From Octopus vulgaris (Eukaryota), in assembly GCA_951406725.2 (NCBI GenBank), contig OX597814.1, positions 23,746,001 through 23,810,000 on the forward strand: a stretch of 64,000 nucleotides of DNA. Direction: 5' to 3'. The notes under the pieces were generated by a model. It was not told where the DNA came from and did not search any database. It saw only the letters and a program-made list of their open reading frames with translations. The position numbers were made by a program, and so were the translations under genes. Positions 52,735 through 64,000 of the stretch are shown in pieces (the stretch's first letter is position 1; each line of letters starts with the position of its first letter).

Positions 52735-53240
52735 ACTGGTCATGGATACATTGAAACTCCGACGTCTGGCAGCTGACTTGGCAGACACCAATAAAATTAT
52801 TAACCATCTTACTAACAATAACTCTGAGTACCTTTTCAAACTTCACCTGTCTAACACTCGTGGACATGTTTACAAAGTCAGAAAACAGCACAGCTCCCAT
52901 GACTTTCAGAAACATCTTTTTCACGCTAAGAGTTGCTGAAGCATGGAACAAACTGCTGGCATCAGTTGTTAGTTGTTGGAGCACTGCATCCTTCAAAACT
53001 TCCATGCTTACTGAGATTCACCAACACTACACCTGATTTTCCCCCCTCCTTAAACACACAAGCATGTATCTGACTCATACACTGTTCACTTTCCAGACAT
53101 TTGTGCATTACTGCTTATATGCACTTTTGGCAAGTTGTGCTTTATATGCACTTTTGGCAAGTTGTGGTTTATATGCACTTTTGGCAAGTTGTGGTGCACC
53201 TGAGCACTGTATACAATAATTTCATTATTATTATTATTAT
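52735..53240 (+). mobile_element. CR1/L2-like LINE 3' end with 3' UTR and (ATT)n tail
   Basis: TLKLRRLAADL..KII..LFKL..NTRGHVYKV; RVAEAWNKL.ASVV..ASFK. Confidence 0.85.
53115..53195. repeat. 27-bp tandem repeat, three copies, in the LINE 3' UTR
   Basis: TTATATGCACTTTTGGCAAGTTGTG(C/G)T at 53115, 53142 and 53169. Confidence 0.95.
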
Positions 53241-54947
53241 AAAGAGCTGTAAGTTGCACACTACTCTGCTAATAAACAGGTTATAATAATTTTTAGTTGA
53301 AGGAGTCCAAACATAATTATTAGCAAATTTTCAAAAATTCGAATGTATCTTAAATACATTTAAATTTTGATGTTCAGTTAAAGAAATATTCATTATATTT
53401 GAAACATTTTCTTTCTGCTTCTTATCTCTAATCTATAATGTACTGCTTTTCTCAACAGGTATTGCTGTTTTCTTTCATTAGCAATATTTGAATTCTACTA
53501 ATTTTCTTTCATGTTTCTTAGCTTTCATTACTTATCCATAATTTGAAGAATTTGTTTCTCTTTGAAATATATAACACTGTATCAGTGCAATTATAATCAT
53601 CAATGTGTGCATTGTTTAAATTGCAATACAAACTGTTTAAACTACACATTTTGTTTTTTAATTTTCACTTGTAAATCTGAAATTATCATCATTCTAAATT
53701 TGTATTTATTGTTTTCATTTTTCATACAAAAGATATTATCTTATTTATAAAGCTTGTTTTATATATATAGCTCTGTACTGATTAGAAATTAGTGCATTTT
53801 TTCTAAATAATAATTTGTATGAGCCTCAAGAAGTTGCAGATTTGTACATATTTGTTTAGCAATATGGTTAGTAGTATTCGTATGGCATAATAATGCATAT
53901 GGGTCACAAATGCATTTCTCTTTCTTCCACTCACAAATACAAATAGGTTCTCTTTGTACCTAAACATGTTACAGTTAAAGAAGGCATAACAAATCCCTTA
54001 GTGATGCCCTTACACACAGCTGATACTTAGATAGATAAAAATGGGAAAAGAGCAGATGGAATATGAGTAAGGCATTATAAACAAAAATTATTTTTATATG
54101 AGCAAAGTTGCCCTTAGCATATGACAATAAATTCAACTTGGAAGAAAATGTGGCTGAAATATTTTGCATTGGAATATTTCTGATAAACACACATCAATTG
54201 AAGCTTATAACTATAGGATATAAACATCTTTTCTTAAGTAAACTACCAACTAAAACTAACATAATTTAATTCCCACCAAACACCCGATTCTTATGTATGA
54301 CTGTGCTTTAATTATAAGGCTTTTGTGGTGGTAGTGGTGATGTCCAGTGATGATTTATTACCAGTTGCTAGAGATAGATTCCAGTATTAATGAAAAGAAG
54401 AACAACAGAAACTTTTGGACTCACAACCCACAATTTAAATTTCTTCCAATTTTATCATTGCTATTAATATATAGAAATCATTATTATTACTGCTTTTTGG
54501 TATTGTTATAATTCCTGCTTGCTTTTATTGAATAATCAGGTTCAGCACTTTATGGCTCGGTTGTATGCAGATTTTACCATTTTTTTTCTTTTTAATTAAA
54601 CTAATAGATGTAGGAACCAGCCATGCTATTCGTTTTAATGTTCATGTCCTGATGTCTTGTTTATATAAAGATTTTCTTTGTCTGCATGCTTTTTTTTCTT
54701 TTTATTAATTTCATCATCCCTATTATAACAGAGATTGCTTCTGCTTCTAATCTCCATGTTCAAATTTTGAGTGTCTGAATTCATAAACTTTTTGTTCATT
54801 TATATATTTTTATAGGAAAATATTTTGACTTGGAGCAATTGAAATGTAGTTCAGAATACTGATGTCAGTAGAGTTTGCTATTATTTCCCTGTTAATATGA
54901 ATTGACATGCCTAAAATATGTTGACTTTGTCAGGTAAACGTGAGTGA

Positions 54948-54981
<34 letters not shown>

Positions 54982-56498
54982 GAGAGAGACATAGAAAGAG
55001 AGAGACAGAGAGAAAGACAGACAGACAGAGACTAAAGTGCTATATATGTACATTACCTATTTTCTTTATCGATTTGGTTCTATCGGAAAGGTTTCCTATG
55101 TCAAAAACTTCCAACATTTTGTTTATATATTCAGTTATAGCTCCCTCTCAGAAGTTCAGAAACAACGGCATTGATTATCTGTATAACATTTTCAGGAGTG
55201 ATTTGTTTTTTCTGTTTTGAAGTTGTTTCATTATTTATTGTTTTTAGTAATTCCTATTCTGAAAGCTTTGATCTTGCATAACTATCTTCAGTCTCAAATT
55301 TCAGTCCTACTGTTAAGCAAATATTGAACTGTTCCTTGATATCCTTCTAATCTATTCAATATAACATTTATTGTTAGCATTAATAGTCTTCTATATTGCT
55401 ATGCATGCAGTTAGTTAGATGCATTATAACGTTTAGTTTTATCAGTTTATGTGTTCAAAACATGTTACCAAGTCGAATTTCATTTATTTATTTTTTTAGT
55501 TACGTTCTAAGCTTTCTCAATCAACTAACAGTCACTTCTTGAATCCAGACCCTGCTTCTGTGCCCTCTCTTGTTTTTCTAATACCACAAAGGTTTAGTAC
55601 CTATGTTTATAGTTTTACCTAATTACTGGTAGGGTTAGAGACATAATTATTCTCTAGTTTTAGCATTTCTGTTTTAAGCAACAGTGACATGTACTTTATC
55701 AGCCAGTTAGCTGTTTTCTTGAAACTTCTAACTTAAAATTCATATGTACATCATATATGTATTTTTAACTAAACATTATAAGTATTCCCAGGCAGTTTAC
55801 ACTTCTGGTCGAGTTTTCTGAAAATGAGACAAGTTGTCTAAAGGCATTTAAGTCCAAATTTCACGTTCTGCTGATGTCCACTTTGCTTTTCATTCTTCAG
55901 AATTTGATCAAATAAAGTACTCATCAAGTACATAGAACCAATTAAACAGACCACACCATATCCTTCAAATTTTATGGTATTGTACCAATGTCAGAGAAAA
56001 ATATTATTGGTCTTATTGGTCAGCTCTGAGAGAGCAGACTTAATATCACAAGTGTTTTAGCCATAACCAGCCTGTCTTTTCAAACTTATTTCAGGCCTCA
56101 TGACTCAATGCGTCCTTTTTTTTATATAGCTGATAGATTATGATTTGAGAGAGAATTGGCTGCTATTTCTCAAGTTTGCTTCTCCACTAGTTTATTGTTG
56201 TTATTGGTATTATGCTTTATGATAATACTGTCCAAATCATGATGTTATGGTCAAAAAGATATCAAACATCAATTATGGTTACTGGTGGCAAAAGGGTGGA
56301 AGAAATCATACAGCACTGAAGTCAGAATGTAACACAATGGAATAAATGATGGAAAAGTTCTAATTCCATATTAACTTTGGTATTTATTTCATTAACCTCA
56401 GAGGATTGTGAGACAGTCATATATTGATGTATATTCAATCAACAACACTCCTCCTCCTTCTCCTTCACAAATAACTTTCTTCTGTTGAAATAGGAAAT

Positions 56499-56691
56499 TA
56501 CCATATTTGGTGGCATAAAAAACACATGAACATATTAGACACATTTCAATTTCAGCAGCACATATTCAGGGAAAAAAATTTTAGTGCCTTAAAACAAGTA
56601 ACATAGGTTCAACTTCACATAAAGCACCCATGGTTATTCCTTAAAATATTTGGGGAAAAAAATTGTGTCTTATATGCCATCAAGTACAGTA
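56499..56691. mobile_element. Old pogo/Tigger-type MITE, TA-flanked
   Basis: Ends TACCATATTTGGTGGCATAAAAAACACA and TGTGTCTTATATGCCATCAAGTACAGTA match as inverted repeats at 22/28. Confidence 0.65.
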
Positions 56692-59343
56692 CTATTTGTG
56701 TTATTTTTATCAGCGGATTGCATAATTTGTAGCATACCAGATGAAAAGTCTCACAGTATTTGGTCATGCCTCTTAATGTTTTGAGTTCAAATCCTCTAGG
56801 CTGTCTTTACCTACCATCCTTCCAGAGTATAATAATAAACACGTGGTAAGTACTGGTGTCAGCAGTCAATAGTCTCTGAAAAATTTGTAGCCTAGTTTTA
56901 TCATTTATCGGGAGGAATTTTTCTGTTACTTTCCATGTACTTCATGTCGTTATTTCATATCTGTTTTTATGCTGGCCTGTGCTGAATGCAGGTATATGTT
57001 GTATGAAACTGTGTTGTATTCACATTGCTGAGAAAATACTTAATAAATTTTGAACTGTACTTATCAATGCTATTTTTAAAGATAATTCATGCAAATGTCA
57101 AAGAAATTACTGAACTTGCTTAACATTTCTTCTATGCTTGAATTTAGTATGTGTTTCTAACACAGACATATTTTGTGGAGGAATGCTAAGTTAACCTAAG
57201 TGTTTGATTGATACTTAATTTAATCAACTCTGGAAAGATAAAAAGCAAAGTTAAACTCAATGAAATTTGGCTGGTATTTCTAGCAAGCAGCTACAACCTG
57301 ATGGAGCCTCTTTGTTGGCTTATATTTTCCATATGGCTTTTGCGATTAAGCACAATGACAAACAGTCTTTCTGTTTCTGCTCTTAGACTAAAGAAACTTT
57401 TATATTTACTCTTGAATGAATATAAAATTATCAATATCCAGGCTTCAAGACTCTTGAAGGAAGAACCAGTCCCTGGACGCCTTCCTACTCTTGAAATGCC
57501 CTACAGTTTTATGGATTTATTTTATCTTTTAATATTAAAAAGTTGAGCCCTATGTCATAGTTAAATTATTTTCTTCAGTCTCTCAGCTACTATGCTGTAT
57601 TTAACATAAAATCTTGCAGTTTATTCATTTTATTTATTAAAATTTTTTTTTATTAAATAAAACCCATTATTTGAAAAATCTACTTGGGTTTCCTCATTAA
57701 TTTGTAAATTCTACTTATTCTGTGCAGTATTATACAAATATCTTTGTAGCCATTATTATATAGTAATTTCCAACTTGGCTGAGTTCCCACTTTCCTTAGA
57801 TATGTAGCAAATACATTCTGTTGGCATCAGATTTCAGATTGTGGATTATGAACCGAATCATAATTATCTTCATTTATTAATATTAATTTAATTTTCTAAT
57901 TCATTATTGTGGAACACTAGTTAATTGCTAAGAACAATTATTCTGCTTATAGAAATTACTTTGGGCTTACTATAGGATTTGTTCTGAGGAACAAATCAAA
58001 TTAACTAGTCATATTTATATATCATATATAAGTTATTAAAAATTGTGGATTTCTAAATATTTTTATTTCGATTTTATATTATCATCTGGGTTCTTTTGGA
58101 AGGCTTCTCAAATCTTTATTTCATCATCGTTGTTATCATCGATACCTCTGCTGCTACCATTACCATCATTGCTGTCACTACAATCATTGACATTATTACC
58201 AGCAACCAATTTACCATTCTTGTATGGATTAGACAGAACTCATTGAATAAAATTTCCTGTAACTAGATGCCTCCTTCTTACCAATCCTCATCTGTCTCCA
58301 ATCGAGGTAATACCTCCCTAATGCCAGACATGCTCTCATGGCAGGGAGGAAACAAAGGCCACCACTATACGATGGTGATACTTATTTTCAAGTATCAAGC
58401 AATGTCAAGTCCAGGAGACACAAACACACACAAGTGCTCACACACACATTTATTTGACGAGCTTCTTTCAGTTTCTGTTTACCAAATTCATTTATATATC
58501 TTTGGTCTGCCCACTATTGTAGTAGAAGAGACTCACCCAAAATGCAATGTAGTGGGATTGAAGCCAAAACCATGTGTTTCGGAAGTGAATTTCTGAACGG
58601 CATAGTCATGCACATTTATTAATATAAAAACCTTCTCTGAATCTTTAGGGTGTATTCAAGCTGTCAATTTATTATCAGTGTGCACATTTTAAAGTTTAAT
58701 AGAAAGAATATCAGTTATAAGAGCTATATGAAACAAAACCAAAAACAAAAAACAAAAAGAAAAAGCAGTAAGAAAATGGTAAAGACATGGACTCTGCAAA
58801 TCTCAGTACAAGCAATATATCTAGAAGAACAATAGCTTTGAATAAAAGCACTGATACAGAGTATAGGGCAACAGCTTTAATTCTGCTGCAGATATCATCT
58901 CTAGTGCTGCTGGTGTGGTAAAATGCACCCAGTCCATGCTGTAAATTGGCTGGTGATAGAAAAGTAATTCAACTGTAAAAATAAATATCACATACACACT
59001 CATAGAGTAAAGGAAGAGTTGATTGTTCTCTGTTGTTATTTGTGCCAGATGCAAGCAGTGAGATACTGAAACCTATCCAACTCATGCTAGCATGGAAAAA
59101 GAATATAAAAGTGAGAATGATAACAATGAAACACAAGAAGTAACTTATTAATTTTCTCCAGCATCTGTGCCTGCATTTGTTCCAGATTAATGAGAAAACA
59201 AGTCTTGAGAAAGGTTAGCAAACTATTTTCAAAAATTTTCTTGGTAAGAAAATTGGTATTATACTATCAAAGTTTGACCATTTTGTATTAAAATTCTCAT
59301 CATATTAGTAACATAAAACTTTTAGCATTTGTGCTGCCTATAT

Positions 59344-59767
59344 CCTTTTCTGTTCTAGGCACAAAGTTCGAAATTTTGGGGGAGAGGGCCAGTTGATTAG
59401 ATTGACTCCAGTACACAACTGGCACTTAATTTATCGACCCTGAAAAGATGAAATACAAAGCTGACCACGGTGGAATTTGAACTCAGAACATAAAGACATG
59501 AAACACTGCTAAGCATTTCACCCAGTGTGCTAATGTTTCTTATTTCTTTATTGCCCACAAGGAGCTAAACATAGAAGGGACAAACAAAGACAAAGGGATT
59601 AAGTCGATTATATCGACTCCAGTGTGTAACTGGTACTTAATTTATCGACCCCAAAAGGATGAAAGGCAAAGTCGACCTCGGCGGAATTTGAACTCAGAAT
59701 GTAACAGCAGTCGAAATACCGCTAAGCATTTTGCCCGGCATGCTAACGTTTCTGCCAGCTCGCTGCC
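59344..59767 (-). mobile_element. Chimeric SINE family A dimer inside one 16-bp TSD
   Basis: TSD TTTGTGCTGCCTATAT at 59328-59343 and 59768-59783; two monomers with different tails. Confidence 0.88.
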
Positions 59768-60360
59768 TTTGTGCTGCCTATATTGTAACTCCCATGACCA
59801 GAACTGTGAGAATTTATCAAATGTTTATTGTAGAGCCTATAATCAAGACACTTAGGTTTCGAGTATTATTCTGCTGTTCTCTAACACAGCACTAGAACTT
59901 AATCAACAAATTTTATATTTAATTATTCTCATGAATGTGAGAGATTTAGGTTCTCTGGATGCATGGAAAATTTGTGGCAGTGTCTATGAATGTCAAGACC
60001 TTTATTATTGGTGAACAATGTGATATAATTACATAACCACATTAAGCTCTTTTTAAACAACATTATGGCACAGAAGTGATTAAAGAAACAATGCATTGTA
60101 TTAATTTACAGCTGGAGCTGTGTCTCTATTGGAAATGTTTTGTTCTAAGACTTAGATCTTATAACATGTGGCCCTTATTTTTAAAGGCTATTATTAGATA
60201 TTTTGGCAGTAACACTGTTTATGAGTGAACTGTTTTTATGTAGAGGTCTCTATACCGCCTCATGAATCTTTGGCATAATACTTCTCTGACGTGTTTGACA
60301 TCAATAACATCTTATTTACAAACATTATAGTCTTCTCTAAGGTTATATTTCTGTAAGTTT

Positions 60361-60398
<38 letters not shown>

Positions 60399-62214
60399 AT
60401 ATTCATTATTATCATTAAAATTTGAAATAGTATCTTCGTTATTATCATCATCATTTACAAAATATACAAAGCAATCCAACAGAGTTCATTAATTATTTCT
60501 TTTATAAACCTGAACAGTAGGAGAAAGGCAATACTTCAAAACTATTCATTCAATCCCAGCATGGAAACACTGTACATAAAAACACAAATGATAATAAGAT
60601 GAGGATAATTGATGCACTGATGCACTGACGGATGCTTTGTTGAGGAAAAATATTGAATAACATATTTAAAACAAAAATTAAGTATTTTCAATTAAACACA
60701 ACATTAAATGATTGGTACAGAACTAATATATGATAAATATATATTTCTTTTGTAATTTTAAATATTATTTGTTTAACTAACATAATAAATAAATATTTAT
60801 TACATCAGCACACTGAGTGACAGAAATGTATAGTCACTATGTTATCAAATACAGTTCTGTAAACAGTTACTAGTGAAAATAAGAAATTTAATCTGCTTTT
60901 TGAAATATATATATTTTGCTTGAAAATGAAATACTCATTCATCTATTCCTCCATACATACACACTTGCATGCACTAATTTCATTTGTTTATTTTGTGTGC
61001 TTTTCTATACTGGCATAGGTTGGACATGTAGCTTACTGGAGGTAGAATGTTTATAGTTGGATACTTTTCTTGTCACCAATCAGTTCCTGTTTTACAAATA
61101 AAGGAATGTTTATTCCACTACACTGAGTGCACATAGCTACTGGACATAATGTTCACTGGAAAGGTAAACACAATGTTTTTGCTGTTCAACATCTCAAGTA
61201 AGAAGTAAGCAATGATAGCATACACATGCATATATATGTGCAAACACAAGTACACAGATATATGCACATGTATAAACACACAGATATATGTGCATACACA
61301 AGCTGATACATACAATCACACACATATATGTGCTTCCATGCTGTTTTCGAATTTCACTCACAAACTACTGCTCAGCTCAAGGCAAATATAGAAGACACAT
61401 AACCATGGTGCTCTGCAATGGGACAGAACCTAAGACCATGTGACTGTAAAGCGAGCTTCTTACCACACAACTGTGCTATGCTTGCGTAGATAGAACAGCC
61501 ATGTGGAGAAGTTAATGCACTTCAGATTCACAGGTCATTTCTCTGTGGAAGTTTTCTACTAAACCTACCTACATAATAAGGAAACACATATAAGAACTTC
61601 TGTATAAAACAGTTCTTGGTTCCCTAATATCCTAAACCAATGTGAAATTTGCCACTTTGCTTAACTCTACACACACAGGAGCTTCACACCCATACTCTGA
61701 TCACACAAACACACAATTAAGAAGTGCTAAGGAAACAACAATTTGGGATGCAAAAATATATATTGATCAAATTTTTAAGACTATTGGTCTATTCTTCAGG
61801 TTAAAAATTCAATAATATAGGAGAAAAAGTAAGAACTAATTCAGTGAAAACTATACTTGAAGGAATAAACAACTATGCACTTAGACATTGTATTTGTGAA
61901 TATAGATCTTTTTTTATTCCATTTACCTTTTCCTATATTTTATTTATATCCTGAGGATATCTAATACAATATAGGAAGCAGAGACATGGAGAAGATAGGC
62001 TGAATACCCAAATAACTAAACGAATTTATTAGTGATAGCAAGGTGAAAGAGAAATGGAAAATATACGTAGGGATTCTAGATTGTAATAGGACACTGCATC
62101 ATGGAAGGCACTCTGATTTGGGAAATGAAATGTTATGAAAAACTTTTTATACTTATTTAAGCCCTGTCCACATGATCAGGCAGTATCCAATAGATACATG
62201 TTAAATGCCTGCTA

Positions 62215-62765
62215 GGAGAGGTGTGGCTTAGTATTTAGGGTGTTGGACTCATGACTGTAAGATTGTGGTTTTGATTCCTGAATCAGGTGACGCATTGTGC
62301 TCAGGAGCAAAATACTTCATTTCACATTGCTCCAGCTGGCAAAAATGAGTAATCCTGTGATAGCTCAATGTCCTATCAAGTGAGGAATTTGTATGTGAGG
62401 GAAAGTGGAGGCACATGGCCTAGTGGTTAGAGCATTGGACTCGTGGTCGAGGGATCGCAGGTTCGAATCTCAGACCAGGCGATGTGTGTGTTCATGAGCA
62501 AAACACCTAAGCTCCATATGGCTCTGACAGAATGTAATGATGAACTTCTGCTGACTCTTTCACCACAACTTTCTCTCACTCTTTCCTCCTGCATCTTGCA
62601 GCTCACCTGCGACGGACCAGCGTCCCGTCCAGGTGGGAAACCTATATGTCAAGGAAACTGGGAAACCGGCCCTTATGAGCCAAGCATGGCTCAAGAAGGA
62701 ACAAACTATGTGATGGAAACCAGGAAATTGACATGACTTGAGAAGCTAACTTTACCTTTTACCTT
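62215..62765 (+). mobile_element. Degenerate CORE-like SINE with a nested family D-like SINE (62405-62706, 13-bp TSD)
   Basis: TSD TATGTGA(G/T)GGAAA at 62392-62404 and 62707-62719; inner copy has GGTTCGAATC and V-like GCGACGGACCAGCGTCCCGTCCAGG. Confidence 0.82.
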
Positions 62766-64000
62766 TAAATACCTGCTAGCAAACAAAAGTGGTAGAGAAT
62801 CAGTAGAGTGCTCATGCCTGTAATTGAGCAAAATCACCAGATAATGGCCACCTACCAGGTGGTTTGCAACCAGGTATTATTGTCATTCTCAAAACTATGC
62901 ATGAAGCCATAAAAATTGTACAACACCTACTAATTCTGACTACCTACCAGTACCCAGCTACAACTGCCTCTATTTATTAGTTATTACATCATCATTTTTT
63001 GATAAATAATCTATAAAAGAAGTCTTCTCTTGAAACTCTTACGTAATCATGGGGCTTAATATATCTATGAGTATCCTAATCTGCAGACAACCTTATCAAG
63101 TTAATGACAAATTCCTGAATTTCCCGATATATATCCCAAAGAGAATTAAAATATGAGCAAAGGATCACTTCTATTTTGAGGCTACAGGAATTAAAAGACT
63201 TCACATTAAGAAGTTAAGTTAGGGAAGAAGTGAAAAAACGATCATGAGAAAGTTAGTAAGTGATAGTAGATTTAACACTGTAAACTAGAATTTGTAGAAA
63301 TAATAGTTTATGGGGTTGGATGGGCTGCTGTTTTTGCTTGTAGGGGAGAATGCTGTTTCAGGTGAGATACATAGCTTCAAAAATATATTCCTGCTTTATA
63401 TTATAAAGCCTTTAAAGTATCAAACTCTGGTGATTGATGGGCTGTATAGAATGTGAAAGGAACTGAGGACAAATGGCTCATGAATTAATTACAAAAGTAA
63501 GGTTAACAATGTCTCAAGTATATAAATTGTAAAGAAATGTCTCATGCTTTATCACAAAATTAAGGTAAGGGACGTATCAAGTATACCAATATTTTTTCTG
63601 CCTTGATTGTTCTCTTGCATAACATTTAGTAGTGGCGGTTTTGTAAACTTTTGTATATTGATAACAAGTTCCCAGAACTTGAAGGAATGATCAAAATTGA
63701 AAGCTTAAAGATTAACATGGTGAAGCTCAAGATACTAAATAACTAGAAATAAATAGAAAATACCCATAGGATTCTATATGTGGCTTTGTTGAATACATAG
63801 AAGGGGTGTGTTGATGTAAAACTATTTTGTCCATTCTAAAATGGATAAACAACAGCTATAGTTATGCTGCTAAAATGCATTAAATGAATTGATTTTGTTG
63901 GTAACCAGATATGAAATGAATAATTTGTATTGCTAAAGGGATACTCAGTAACTAATAGTTAAATTAAATTCCATAAAGAAACATAATTATTGATGAAGAT

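Noticed and set aside
53115-53195. 27-bp direct repeats as a mini-CRISPR
   Set aside because: Head-to-tail with no spacers; a simple tandem duplication

Overview
AT-rich eukaryotic (animal) genomic DNA dominated by microsatellites and retroposons. The SINE families and repeat landscape look like a coleoid cephalopod, most likely Octopus (inference). No intact host gene or transposon ORF can be demonstrated, and most listed ORFs are microsatellite or SINE read-through. The window appears intronic or intergenic, with a few weak + strand exon candidates. Recognisable content: at least five tRNA-headed SINE families with shuffled modules, decayed non-LTR elements (HERO-type RLE, two RTE-like, one CR1/L2-like), a Penelope-like RT/GIY-YIG remnant with several fold-back pLTR-like fragments, and decayed DNA transposons (mariner, pogo, Tc1/maT-like, a MITE). 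Best leads: (1) a complete hammerhead-ribozyme core in non-canonical, pseudoknotted strand order with a kink-turn, in the 3' UTR of the HERO-type element (4589-4662, minus); (2) a tRNA-SINE carrying a Penelope-type minimal hammerhead (9755-10061); (3) repeated Penelope-like fold-back insertions.
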